The position numbers and the translations under genes are program-made. DNA of 64,000 nucleotides, from positions 480,001-544,000 of the forward strand of contig OZ244905.1 of NCBI GenBank assembly GCA_965221695.1, in the 5' to 3' direction. Below are positions 19,541 through 29,627 of the stretch, one piece after another; position 1 is the first letter of the stretch, and each line of letters opens with the position of its first letter. The notes under the pieces are model-generated. The model did not search any database and had not been told where the DNA came from. It worked only from the letters and a program-made list of their open reading frames with translations. The stretch is from Gammaproteobacteria bacterium. GTDB lineage: Bacteria; Pseudomonadota; Gammaproteobacteria; Eutrophobiales; Eutrophobiaceae.

Positions 19541-21286
19541 ATGACAATGTCCAAACCCGATATCATCACGGCTGAAGTCATCAGGAATGGTGTTATTGCC
19601 GCTGCCTTGGAAATGGGCACAACGCTGATACGCACCGCTTACAACCCTCTGTTATATGATGTGCAGGATTACGGCCTCGCCATTGTATCGCCGAACTGCG
19701 AAACTTGGGCCGAAGCCCCCGGCATGACGGTGTTTGTCGGCGCCTTGCCCCACACGGTTAGTTCAGGCATTGCCAAGCACGGTAAGGATGGTTTCGAGGA
19801 CGGTGATATTATCATTGCCAATGATCCCTATACTACCGGCAACCATATTTCTGATGTATCGATTTATATGCCGGTCTTTTATGAAGGCAAGCTGTTGGCC
19901 TTTACGGCCTCGGTGGCTCACTGGGCCGATGTCGCCGGAAAGACACCAGGAGGCTGGTGTCCGGATTCCATTGATGTCTACCAAGAAGGGATATGTTTTG
20001 CCCATGAAAAGGTAGTCGAAGCGGGGAATCAGGTCAAAGGCTTATGGGGTATTATCAAAAGCAATACTCGCTATCCCGATATCGTTATAGGCGATATGCA
20101 GGCACAGATCGCATCCTGCCGGCAGGGATCGGAGCGTCTGCAGCATTTGTGCCGAAAGTACGGTTTCGATACTGTGCGGGATGCCATGAAGCTGGCTATA
20201 GCGAGCGCCGACAAGGACACGCGAAGACATATTCGTGATATACCCAATGGTATTTACGAAGCCAGGCAGATGATGGATCATGATGGTGTTGTCGTTAACG
20301 AACCCTTTCCCATTGCTATACAGGTAAGGGTGGAAGATGAAGATATCTTTGTTTCATTTGAAGGAACCAGCATGGCCAGATCCGGGCCCGTCAATGCCCC
20401 CGAGTATTCTGTGCGTAGCGTAGTGCGAGCGGCTATCAAAGGTATCATTTCTCCTACCGAACCTTCTAATGAGGGTGACTTCCTTGCTATTCATTTTGAT
20501 ATCCCCTCCGGACTGGTAATTAGTCCTGAGCGACCTTCACCGGTTGACTCATATGGTTATGTCTGCAATGTATGTTATGAGCTGACCGTGCGGGCTCTGG
20601 CTAAGGCAATACCTGACCGGTGTGTAGCTAGCGGCGCTACGCTGTGCATGCCTACTATCTCCAGGGTGAACCCTCGGGATGGACGACCGTTTATCCTCAG
20701 TGATCCCTTTGATGTCGGAAACGGCGCCCGCCCCAATGCCGACGGCCCCACCATGGCCATCAATGTGATGGGCGATGTGCCCAATTCGCCGGTGGAAGTA
20801 GTGGAGTTGCGCTACCCACTGCGTGTCGAACGTTTCGGACTACGTACAGAATCATCGGGTCACGGCCGATACAGGGGTGGGGCAGGAACCTATCGGGATT
20901 ACCGCGTACTGGAAGAAGGTATCAACCTGTTTACCGCCCATGAAAACACCCGTGAGACCATTGCCAAAGGCGCCGATGACGGTACCGATGGTGGCCCCGC
21001 CCAGGTGGTTATCAACCCGGACAGTGAGCGGGAAGAGAACATGGCTGATCGCGGCGCCTACCCGGGAGGCTTGCATGCAGGTGACGTGATCAGCATGCGA
21101 AGTGGCGGCGGTGGTGGCTGGGGCGACCCTGCCAGCCGTGATCCGGAGCAGGTTGTTGCCGATATCAGGGACGAACGCATATCTGAGAAGCAGGCTCGGG
21201 ACATATATAAAGTCGCTGTGGTTAGAAGTGGCAATTCCCTGATGCTTGATGAGCAACAAACCGGAAAATTGAGAGCAAGTAGCTAG
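19541..21286 (+). CDS. Hydantoinase B / oxoprolinase beta family
   Basis: NDPY..GNHISD, HWADVAG..PG, QEG, PVE..E..YP, G.GRYRGG.G and GGGGWGDP motifs. Confidence 0.93.
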   Translation: MTMSKPDIITAEVIRNGVIAAALEMGTTLIRTAYNPLLYDVQDYGLAIVSPNCETWAEAPGMTVFVGALPHTVSSGIAKHGKDGFEDGDIIIANDPYTTGNHISDVSIYMPVFYEGKLLAFTASVAHWADVAGKTPGGWCPDSIDVYQEGICFAHEKVVEAGNQVKGLWGIIKSNTRYPDIVIGDMQAQIASCRQGSERLQHLCRKYGFDTVRDAMKLAIASADKDTRRHIRDIPNGIYEARQMMDHDGVVVNEPFPIAIQVRVEDEDIFVSFEGTSMARSGPVNAPEYSVRSVVRAAIKGIISPTEPSNEGDFLAIHFDIPSGLVISPERPSPVDSYGYVCNVCYELTVRALAKAIPDRCVASGATLCMPTISRVNPRDGRPFILSDPFDVGNGARPNADGPTMAINVMGDVPNSPVEVVELRYPLRVERFGLRTESSGHGRYRGGAGTYRDYRVLEEGINLFTAHENTRETIAKGADDGTDGGPAQVVINPDSEREENMADRGAYPGGLHAGDVISMRSGGGGGWGDPASRDPEQVVADIRDERISEKQARDIYKVAVVRSGNSLMLDEQQTGKLRASS

Positions 21287-21417
21287 CGCTCTTTTTCACT
21301 TGTCGCGGTCCTGGTATTGAACTTTTCTTTGGTTATGCATTATTCTTTTTTCTGTAGGAGTGGGCTGAATTTATGTATTTTCAGAATTTTTGACATATGC
21401 ATTGGAGGATGATGAAG

Positions 21418-23691
21418 ATGACAAAGCATATGAAAGCTTTTTTATATTGTGTTGTACTGGGTTTGTTCAACCAGTTAACGGCGACCGCCCAGGTTCTCGA
21501 AGAAGTAGTCGTGACTGCTCGTAAGCGTAAGGAAGAAAGCTTGCAAGATGTGCCGATATCTATATCGGCTTTTAAAGGCGATAAGATGCAGGCAAATAGT
21601 ATACGTAACCTGGAAACACTTAGCGCGACAGTACCGAATTTCTTCATTGCAGAATCATTTATCGGTGATGCAATGTTTGTACGAGGAGTTGGCTCAGGAC
21701 AAAATAATTTCGGAGTAGAACAGGCAGTTGGTCTTGTTCTCGACGGCGTTTTCTATGGCCGCAGCCGTTTTTCGCGTCTGTCATTCCTTGACATCGAACG
21801 AGTGGAAGTGTTGAAGGGGCCACAGGGCGCACTCATAGGAAAAAATACTACTGCTGGCGCCATAAATATAACTACAAACAGACCGACCGATACATTCGAA
21901 GCGTCTATAACTCCTTCATACGAAGTATTGGCCGATGATGGGTTTTCAGTCGAAGCCGTGGTGTCGGGACCTATTACCAAAAACTTAAGCGCCAGAGCAG
22001 CCATATTGTATGAAGACCGGGACGGATATATTGATAATACTGAGACAGGCGCTGAACAAATTGCACGCGAAGATATTTTTGCCCGGGGAACTCTTCTATG
22101 GGAACCAACAGAGTCTCTGGATATGATACTTACCTATCAGTATGGAGATATGGACCACGAGGGAGAGAACAGTCAATATGCGACCTGTAACCTGACTGCG
22201 CCACAACTCCCTCCGCTTGGTCTTAATCTGACAACCATTCTGAATATAGGTAGTTCTGAGGACTGTAAGGCCAACTTCAAGCGCGCCGGAGCCGCTCCTA
22301 TTGCCAGTCGAGGACCAGGTGATTTTTCAGGAAAAGAAACCAGTTTTGATACCGTCAGCCTGGAAATAAACTGGGACATCGGCAATCACACTCTGACGTC
22401 TGTTACCGGTTGGGCCCAGTATCAATACCAGGACATACAGGATTCGGACCGCACACGTCTGGAAAACCTGACTGTTGATTTTGGTGAAGAGTATGAACAA
22501 TGGTCGCAGGAGATCAGGTTGACTTCACCGAATAATAGACAATTGGAGTACATAGCGGGAATGTATTTTCAATCAAAGGAACAACACAGCGATTATGGTA
22601 TTGATATTCTCGCTTTTCAGGCCCGGAGAAATACAAAAACGGACGAAGATGGAGAAACAATCGCGTTGTTTGGCCAGGTGACCTGGCATATGAGTGATCA
22701 ATGGGACCTGACAGTAGGAGGAAGGTACACCTATGAAAACAAGGAAGCACGATCACTGGGTTTTCCCAGCGCGGTATATACGGATATACCAATTGTTGTG
22801 CCCCCATTTGCACCTGCCGGACTGCCAAGAATACATGACGTTACAGACGATCTGAGTGAAAGTGATTTTTCACCCACTGTCAATTTACAATGGCGCCCAA
22901 ATGACAATGCGATGATCTATGCCAGCTTTGCCAGAGGCTTCAAAGCTGGCGCCTTCAATCACGCGCTGGTCGCGACCCAGGCTAACGCATTGGGATATTT
23001 TAAAGTCGCTTCGGAAGACGTATCTGCCTACGAAATTGGAACCAAGTGGACGTTTCTGGATCGCGCCGCTCAGTTAAATGCATCTATATTCAGGAGTGAA
23101 TTCAATGATTTGCAACAAACAGTCTTGCGCGGCGCTGACATCATAAATGATGTATTAAATGTTGGAGAATCCACCAGTCAGGGTATTGAAGTAGATATGC
23201 GTTGGCGGGCAACCGAGAACCTGACCCTCTTCGGCAGTATCGCCTTCCTGGATTCCGAATTTGACAAATTTCCTAATGCTACTTGCTATACTCTGCAAAG
23301 TCCAACTGAGTGCATTGCCGGTCAACAGGACCTTGCTGGCAGGCCGTTTCAATTTGCCGCCGATTGGCGGGGCTCTTTAAACGGCGAGTATGTCTGGCGC
23401 CTGAAAAATGGTTACCAGATAGTTGGCTTTCTGCAGGCGTACTTCTCCACAGACCATTTCCTGCAACAGGATCTGGACCCCAAGCTGGTTCAGGATGATT
23501 ACATTAAGTTTGATGGCACACTGTCTTTACACAGCCCTGATGACAAATGGGAGATATCCTTGATAGCGAGGAATCTGGGAAATCAAATTACCGCAAACTA
23601 TGGCGATGACATCCCGCTCCAGACCGGTTCAGTCTGGAAGAGCGTTGATCCACCTCGTTCTCTCACGATCCAGGGAACCTGGCGGTTCTAA
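21418..23691 (+). CDS. TonB-dependent receptor
   Basis: Signal peptide, LEEVVVTARK TonB box, plug motif IERVEVLKGPQG.L.GKN..AGAI and C-terminal WRF. GGAGG at 21404. Confidence 0.93.
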   Translation: MTKHMKAFLYCVVLGLFNQLTATAQVLEEVVVTARKRKEESLQDVPISISAFKGDKMQANSIRNLETLSATVPNFFIAESFIGDAMFVRGVGSGQNNFGVEQAVGLVLDGVFYGRSRFSRLSFLDIERVEVLKGPQGALIGKNTTAGAINITTNRPTDTFEASITPSYEVLADDGFSVEAVVSGPITKNLSARAAILYEDRDGYIDNTETGAEQIAREDIFARGTLLWEPTESLDMILTYQYGDMDHEGENSQYATCNLTAPQLPPLGLNLTTILNIGSSEDCKANFKRAGAAPIASRGPGDFSGKETSFDTVSLEINWDIGNHTLTSVTGWAQYQYQDIQDSDRTRLENLTVDFGEEYEQWSQEIRLTSPNNRQLEYIAGMYFQSKEQHSDYGIDILAFQARRNTKTDEDGETIALFGQVTWHMSDQWDLTVGGRYTYENKEARSLGFPSAVYTDIPIVVPPFAPAGLPRIHDVTDDLSESDFSPTVNLQWRPNDNAMIYASFARGFKAGAFNHALVATQANALGYFKVASEDVSAYEIGTKWTFLDRAAQLNASIFRSEFNDLQQTVLRGADIINDVLNVGESTSQGIEVDMRWRATENLTLFGSIAFLDSEFDKFPNATCYTLQSPTECIAGQQDLAGRPFQFAADWRGSLNGEYVWRLKNGYQIVGFLQAYFSTDHFLQQDLDPKLVQDDYIKFDGTLSLHSPDDKWEISLIARNLGNQITANYGDDIPLQTGSVWKSVDPPRSLTIQGTWRF

Positions 23692-23820
23692 GCATTTACT
23701 TGTTTCATAAGCATATTTTTGGTTTGCATGTTCCTGGCAATTAAAACGATTTCCTTTAACCGCAGATGTTATTCCCGCCGACATCACCCGGAGTAAATGC
23801 CGCCTGTATAATAGCTGCCT

Positions 23821-24792
23821 ATGAAACATGGAAAGATCGTAGCGAGCCGGTTCAAGCCTGCGTGGTGGTTGCCGGGTGGCAACCTGCAAACCCTGTGGCC
23901 TTATTTTTTTCGGCGTAGCCCGCGGTTGGCATTGACCCGTGAACGGTTGGAGTTGGCGGACGGCGATTTTGTTGACCTGTGCCTGACTGCAAACGCCGGC
24001 TCTCCGATGGTGGCGGTATTTCACGGCCTTGAAGGTTGTGTCGATTCTCATTACGCGAAGCCGTTGTTGGCAGCCGTTGAACGGCGTGGCTGGCATGGGG
24101 TGTTCATGCATTTTCGCGGTTGTAGCGGCGAACATAACCGGTTGCCGCGCGGCTACCATTCCGGGGACACCAGCGACATCGGTTTCCTGATCGAGCATTT
24201 GCAACAGCGTTATCCCGGCGTCCCCATCGCGGCTGTGGGTTATTCGCTCGGTGGCAATGCCCTGCTGAAGTATTTGGGAGAAGCGGACCGCAGCGGGAAG
24301 GCGGCTGCCGCGGCCGCCGTTTCCGTCCCTTATGTACTGGCGGAAGGGGCAAAACGGCTGAATAAAGGCTTCTCCAAGGTATACCAGCGCCGCCTGCTCG
24401 GCCTGCTGAAACGGAAGATCGCCGGGAAATTCAACGTCCAACAAGCCCCGTTTGACCTGGACGAGCTACCTCATCTCAACGATTTTTTCAGTTTTGACGA
24501 CAAGATCACTGCCCCCTTGCATGGCTTTGCCGGCGCGGACGATTATTACACGCGCAGCAATAGCCGGCAGTTTCTCAAGTCCATTACTGTTCCCGCGCTG
24601 CTGCTCCATGCCCGAAACGACCCGTTTATGAATGACGCCGTTATCCCGACACAGGACGAACTGTCCGAATCCGTGCAACTGGAGCTTGCGCAGACCGGCG
24701 GGCATATCGGATTTGTCAGCGGCAGGATGCCGGGGTATGCTGCGTACTGGCTGGAAGCGCGAATTATTGACTTTTTTAACAGTTATTTATAA
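23821..24792 (+). CDS. yheT: YheT-family alpha/beta hydrolase
   Basis: RERLELADGDFVDL, HGLEG, FRGCSG, GYSLGG and GGHIGF motifs. Confidence 0.9.
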   Translation: MKHGKIVASRFKPAWWLPGGNLQTLWPYFFRRSPRLALTRERLELADGDFVDLCLTANAGSPMVAVFHGLEGCVDSHYAKPLLAAVERRGWHGVFMHFRGCSGEHNRLPRGYHSGDTSDIGFLIEHLQQRYPGVPIAAVGYSLGGNALLKYLGEADRSGKAAAAAAVSVPYVLAEGAKRLNKGFSKVYQRRLLGLLKRKIAGKFNVQQAPFDLDELPHLNDFFSFDDKITAPLHGFAGADDYYTRSNSRQFLKSITVPALLLHARNDPFMNDAVIPTQDELSESVQLELAQTGGHIGFVSGRMPGYAAYWLEARIIDFFNSYL

Positions 24793-24845
24793 CAGAACCA
24801 GTGACTTGTACTACTGGCATGGGCGACTCACTTTAGAATAATACT

Positions 24846-25331
24846 ATGCTGCTGCAATTGAACCACCGTTTTTATCTGCTACTGGTTGCGCTGGCTTGCA
24901 TCGCGCTGCTTGGTTTCGGCTATTACCTGCAATTTGTGGGTGGTCTCGACCCCTGCCCGTTGTGCATCCTGCAACGGGCTGCATACCTGGGCGTCGGCAT
25001 TGTCTGCCTGATAGGGTTCTTTCATGGCAAGGCCAGCCGTAGCTACGGCGCGCTGGGCCTGGTATGCGCATTGGCCGGCGCACTGATTGCCGCGCGCCAG
25101 GTATGGCTGCAACATCTACCGCCGGAGCGTGTGCCTGAATGCGGTCCGGGCCTGGATTTCATCCTTCAGGCGTTTCCGCTTGCGGAAGCGCTTGAACTGA
25201 TTCTCACCGGGTCGGGCGAATGCGCCGAGACATTGTGGACATTCCTGTCCCTGAGCATCGCTGAGTGGAGTCTGTTCTGGTTTGCCGCGTTTTCCCTATT
25301 GTTGGCATATCGCTTGTTGACTGTAAGATAG
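24846..25331 (+). CDS. dsbB: Disulfide bond formation protein B
   Basis: PCPLCILQR, second Cys pair PECGPG...GSGECA, four TM helices. Confidence 0.93.
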   Translation: MLLQLNHRFYLLLVALACIALLGFGYYLQFVGGLDPCPLCILQRAAYLGVGIVCLIGFFHGKASRSYGALGLVCALAGALIAARQVWLQHLPPERVPECGPGLDFILQAFPLAEALELILTGSGECAETLWTFLSLSIAEWSLFWFAAFSLLLAYRLLTVR

Positions 25332-25342
25332 TCACTTGCCGT

Positions 25343-26701
25343 TCACCCGCGAAAGCCACCGCGCGGCATGTTGCCGCCCAGTCCGCGCATCATATTCTCG
25401 ATACCGCCTTTTTTACTCACTTTTTTCATCATTTTCTGCATCCGGCCAAACTGCTTCAGCAGGCGATTAATATCCTGCACATGCGTGCCTGAACCGGAAG
25501 CGATACGTTTCTTCCTGGAACCGTTGACAACGGCAGGGAAGCGCCGTTCGCCGGGTGTCATGGAGTTGATGATCGCCTCGAACCTGACTAGTTCACGTTC
25601 CTGGCCGGCAAGCTGCGCGGGCATTTGCTGCGCCCCTGGCAGCTTGTCCAACATGCCACTCAGTCCTCCCATGCGCTGCATCTGCCGGACCTGTTCGCGG
25701 AAGTCATCTAGGTCAAATCCTTTTCCCTTCTTCAGTTTCCTGGCGATCTTCTGCGCTTTTTCCTGGTCCGCTTTCTCCTGCGCTTCCTCAATCAGGCTCA
25801 ACATGTCTCCCATACCCAGTATGCGGGAGGCGATCCTATCGGGGTAAAACGGGGTCAGTTCGGAAACTTTCTCGCCGACGCCGAGGAATAGTACAGGTTT
25901 GCCTGTAACATGCCGCACTGAGAGCGCCGCCCCGCCCCGCGCGTCGCCGTCCACCTTGGTCAACACCACTCCGCTCAGCTCCAGGGTCTCGTTAAACGCC
26001 TGTGCCGCGTTAACCGCGTCCTGGCCCATCATGCTGTCCACCAGGAACAGGATATCGGAAGGATTGAGCGCGCGCTGAATGTCCTGAATCTCCGCCATCA
26101 TCTCCTCGTCAATATGCAGCCTCCCTGCCGTGTCGACGATGAGCACATCGGCAAAACGGGTCCTGGCATGTTTCAGCGCAGCCTCAGCGATGGCTACGGG
26201 TTGTTGCCGCTCTTGGGCAGTAAAATATTCAAGTTGATTTTGCTCAGCCAGCATTCGCAACTGTTCCAGCGCTGCCGGTCGGTAGATATCGCAACTGGTT
26301 ACCACGACGGATTTGTTGTGTTTATCCTGGCACCACTTGCCCAGTTTCACCACGGTAGTAGTCTTGCCTGCGCCTTGCAATCCGGCCATCAAAATGACTG
26401 CTGGCGGCGGGACACTTAAATTCAGCGTGGCTTGGCCGTCACCCATAAGGCGCACCAGTTCCTGCTGCACGACTTTTACCAACGCCTGGCCCGGAGTGAG
26501 GCTGCTTGACACATCTTTCCCCAGCGCTTTGGCTTCAACCTGTTCGATAAACGCTCTGACTACCGGTAGGGCTACATCCGCTTCAAGCAACGCCATGCGC
26601 ACATCGCGCAAAGCGGATGCAATATTGTCTTCTGTCAGACGCGCATGACCGCGCATCTGTTGAACGATACGACTGAAGCGCTCGCTTAAATTTTCAAACA
26701 T
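25343..26701 (-). CDS. ffh: Signal recognition particle protein
   Basis: MFENLS, GLQGAGKTT, DTAGR, TKVDGDARGG and RIASRILGMGD motifs. Confidence 0.98.
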   Translation of the reverse strand: MFENLSERFSRIVQQMRGHARLTEDNIASALRDVRMALLEADVALPVVRAFIEQVEAKALGKDVSSSLTPGQALVKVVQQELVRLMGDGQATLNLSVPPPAVILMAGLQGAGKTTTVVKLGKWCQDKHNKSVVVTSCDIYRPAALEQLRMLAEQNQLEYFTAQERQQPVAIAEAALKHARTRFADVLIVDTAGRLHIDEEMMAEIQDIQRALNPSDILFLVDSMMGQDAVNAAQAFNETLELSGVVLTKVDGDARGGAALSVRHVTGKPVLFLGVGEKVSELTPFYPDRIASRILGMGDMLSLIEEAQEKADQEKAQKIARKLKKGKGFDLDDFREQVRQMQRMGGLSGMLDKLPGAQQMPAQLAGQERELVRFEAIINSMTPGERRFPAVVNGSRKKRIASGSGTHVQDINRLLKQFGRMQKMMKKVSKKGGIENMMRGLGGNMPRGGFRG

Positions 26702-26744
26702 GTTATTCTCTTTTTCTCATATCCAGAGATTAGATATATCCGCA

Positions 26745-27560
26745 ATGGCAACCAGTACCACCCTCAGCGCCGCCGTCATTCTACTCTATTTACTGACCGC
26801 CGGCTGGCTGGGCATCAGGATTTTTCGTTTGCGCCTGGCAGCGGAAGCCTTCAATCATAAAATTGCCGCCCTCGCCGGGTTTGCGCTGTCAGGACATGCT
26901 CTGATCCTGTATCGCGAGATACTGGTCGAGACAGGTTTCAACCTGGGCTTCTTCCATGCGCTGTCTTTGATATGCTGGGTGATTGCGTTGTTTGCCGTTC
27001 TCATCGGTTTATACAGAGCCATGAGCAACCTGGTGGTAGTAATTTTTCCTGTGGCGGCGCTGGCGCTGGCGCTGGAAAGCTTTTTTGCCAGCACAAGCAT
27101 TATACCCGGAGGTGTCGTCGCCGGACTCAAAATTCATATCATGCTTTCTGTTGCCGCCTACAGCCTGCTCGCGTTGGGCGCGCTACAAGCGCTGATCCTG
27201 GCGTTTGAAGAAGCCAGGTTGCGCAATCGGCAACCTGTCAAAATCCTGAATATCCTGCCTCCTATGCAGATATTGGAAGAACTGCTGGCGCAGATCCTGG
27301 CCATCGGTTTTTTCCTGCTCAGCTTGAGCCTGGCGACGGGCCTGATGTTCCTGCACGACATGCTGGAACAGCGCCTGTCCCACAAAGTTGTTTTATCCAT
27401 CCTTGCCTGGCTTATCTTTGCCGTTGTGCTCTGGGGAAGATGGTTCCGTGGTTGGCGCGGTCGTAAATTGATCCATTGGGTCCTGGGTGGTTTCGCTTCT
27501 TTATTGTTGGCATATTTTGGCTCAAAACTGGCGCTGGAACTCATCTTGCAACGGGTCTGA
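26745..27560 (+). CDS. ypjD: Cytochrome c assembly-family inner membrane protein YpjD
   Basis: Multi-TM protein with HK..LSILAW, GWRG and LLAYFGSK. Divergent from ffh. ATG at 26745 preferred. Confidence 0.88.
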   Translation: MATSTTLSAAVILLYLLTAGWLGIRIFRLRLAAEAFNHKIAALAGFALSGHALILYREILVETGFNLGFFHALSLICWVIALFAVLIGLYRAMSNLVVVIFPVAALALALESFFASTSIIPGGVVAGLKIHIMLSVAAYSLLALGALQALILAFEEARLRNRQPVKILNILPPMQILEELLAQILAIGFFLLSLSLATGLMFLHDMLEQRLSHKVVLSILAWLIFAVVLWGRWFRGWRGRKLIHWVLGGFASLLLAYFGSKLALELILQRV

Positions 27561-27645
27561 GCCGTCCCATCCACATGGATCGCGCTTGCGCCCTGTCAAC
27601 GAATAAGTAGACAATATCCATCCATTTCAAATCGAGGCCATATCT

Positions 27646-28938
27646 ATGGACGATGTTTCCATATTATTGTTATCAGGCATTCTGATCCTGCTAATCGCCG
27701 TAGCTGCATTCTTCTCCGGCTCTGAGACCAGTATGATGGCGGTCAACCGCTACCGTCTGCGACATCTTGCTAATGACGGTCACCGCGGCGCCATTAACAC
27801 AGCCAACCTGTTGAAGCGAACGGATCGGCTGCTGGGTCTGATCCTGTTGTGCAATAACATCGTCAACTTCTACGCCGCATCCTTGGGCGTGGTCATTGCA
27901 GTCAGGTTGATGGGGGACATCGGTTACGCGCTGGGACCGGTCATACTTACCATCATCTTCCTGGTATTTGCAGAAACAGCTCCCAAGACCGTCGCCGCTT
28001 TTCGTCCGGAGCGTTTCGCCTTCCCGGCCTCATATGTCCTCAAGCCATTGGCGATCGTCTGTTATCCCTTTGTGCTGGCAATCAATTGGATGGCTAATAA
28101 AGTCCTGGCATTACTGCGCTTCAAGCTTGACGGGACGGAGCACACGAGCCTGTCGCGGGAAGAATTGAAAACTGCCTTATCCGAAGCCGGTAAGATGCTC
28201 CCTGCCCGGCACCTGGATATGCTGCTCGGTATTCTCGACCTTGAGCAGGAGACGGTAGAAGATATCATGGTGCCTCGCAACGAAATTACCGGATTGGATA
28301 TCAACGATGACTTGGTCGAGAGTCTGAACTATATCACCCAAAGTTCCCATACCCGCCTGGCTCTGTACCGGGACAATCTGGATAATATTATCGGAGTAAT
28401 TCACGTGCGGCGAGCCATGCGCCTGCTTAAAGATATCCATGAAATTACCCGGCAAGACCTGGAGAAGATTGCTGAGGAACCGCACTTCGTGCCGCTCAAC
28501 GCATCCCTGAATTCGCAGTTGCTGAATTTTCAACGGACGAAAAAACGTCTGGGATTCGTGGTTGACGAATATGGGACGGTCCAAGGACTGGTCACGCTGG
28601 AAGACATCCTGGAAGAGATTGTCGGCGAGTTCACGACTGACTTCCAAACCTTTAACGTGGACATCATCAGACAGGATGACGGGTCCTTCATGATCAACGG
28701 CGGGGCAACCTTAAGGGATATCAACCGTGAACTGGCCTGGAAGCTGCCGGCCAACGGACCAAAAACCCTGAACGGACTGGTGTTGGAACGTCTGGAAACC
28801 ATGCCGGAACCCGGAATGACACTCAAACTCGACAATTACACACTTGAGATCACCCAGGTAACTGACAATGCGGTGAAATCAGTCCGGGTAAAACTGTTGG
28901 AACCTCAAGATAGTTTCATCACAACCACCAATCAATGA
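27646..28938 (+). CDS. yfjD: CNNM/HlyC-CorC family transporter (DUF21-CBS-CorC)
   Basis: FFSGSET, AE..PKT, IMVPRNEI and VVDEYG.VQGLVTLEDILEEIVG motifs. Confidence 0.92.
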   Translation: MDDVSILLLSGILILLIAVAAFFSGSETSMMAVNRYRLRHLANDGHRGAINTANLLKRTDRLLGLILLCNNIVNFYAASLGVVIAVRLMGDIGYALGPVILTIIFLVFAETAPKTVAAFRPERFAFPASYVLKPLAIVCYPFVLAINWMANKVLALLRFKLDGTEHTSLSREELKTALSEAGKMLPARHLDMLLGILDLEQETVEDIMVPRNEITGLDINDDLVESLNYITQSSHTRLALYRDNLDNIIGVIHVRRAMRLLKDIHEITRQDLEKIAEEPHFVPLNASLNSQLLNFQRTKKRLGFVVDEYGTVQGLVTLEDILEEIVGEFTTDFQTFNVDIIRQDDGSFMINGGATLRDINRELAWKLPANGPKTLNGLVLERLETMPEPGMTLKLDNYTLEITQVTDNAVKSVRVKLLEPQDSFITTTNQ

Positions 28939-29627
28939 ACAAGAACCAAATCACGCTACTGGTAACAATCATCATACTGGTGGCGCTGTTCTTTATCTTT
29001 GATCTGGGCCGATACCTCAACCTGGAATTTGTAAAGCAACAACAGGGCGCAATGGATGCCTTTTATGAGACGGAACCGTTACTCACGGTCGTGTCATTCT
29101 TTTTCCTGTATATATTCATTACCGGCCTGTCGCTGCCGGGCGCGACCATCTTCACCCTTGCCGCCGGCGCCATTTTCGGGCTGTTGTGGGGAACCGTCAT
29201 CTCCTCTTTTGCGTCCACCATCGGCGCGACCCTGGCTTTCCTGTTGTCCCGCTACCTGTTCAGGGAAACCATACAAGACCGTTACGCCAACAGGCTCGCG
29301 GCCATCAACAGGGGGATTGCCGAGGAAGGCGCATTTTACCTGTTCACGCTGCGCCTGGCGCCCATCTTCCCGTATTTCATCATCAATCTGGTCATGGGCT
29401 TAACTCCCATCAGGGCGCTGACCTTCTTCCTCGTGAGTCAGGCCGGGATGCTTGCCGGCACCATCGTGTACGTGAACGCGGGCACACAGATCGCCAAAAT
29501 CGAGCAACTCAAGGATATCGCATCCCCGGCCCTGATCCTGTCTTTCGTCCTGCTGGGCATCTTCCCGCTACTGGCAAAAAAGACGGTGGATTACCTGAAA
29601 CAGCGCAAGGAGAAGACCCGTGGCTGA
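28935..29627 (+). CDS. TVP38/TMEM64 (VTT/DedA superfamily) membrane protein
   Basis: SLPGA...TLAAGAIFG, LFTLRLAPIFP and SQAGMLAGT motifs. Confidence 0.9.
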   Translation: MNKNQITLLVTIIILVALFFIFDLGRYLNLEFVKQQQGAMDAFYETEPLLTVVSFFFLYIFITGLSLPGATIFTLAAGAIFGLLWGTVISSFASTIGATLAFLLSRYLFRETIQDRYANRLAAINRGIAEEGAFYLFTLRLAPIFPYFIINLVMGLTPIRALTFFLVSQAGMLAGTIVYVNAGTQIAKIEQLKDIASPALILSFVLLGIFPLLAKKTVDYLKQRKEKTRG

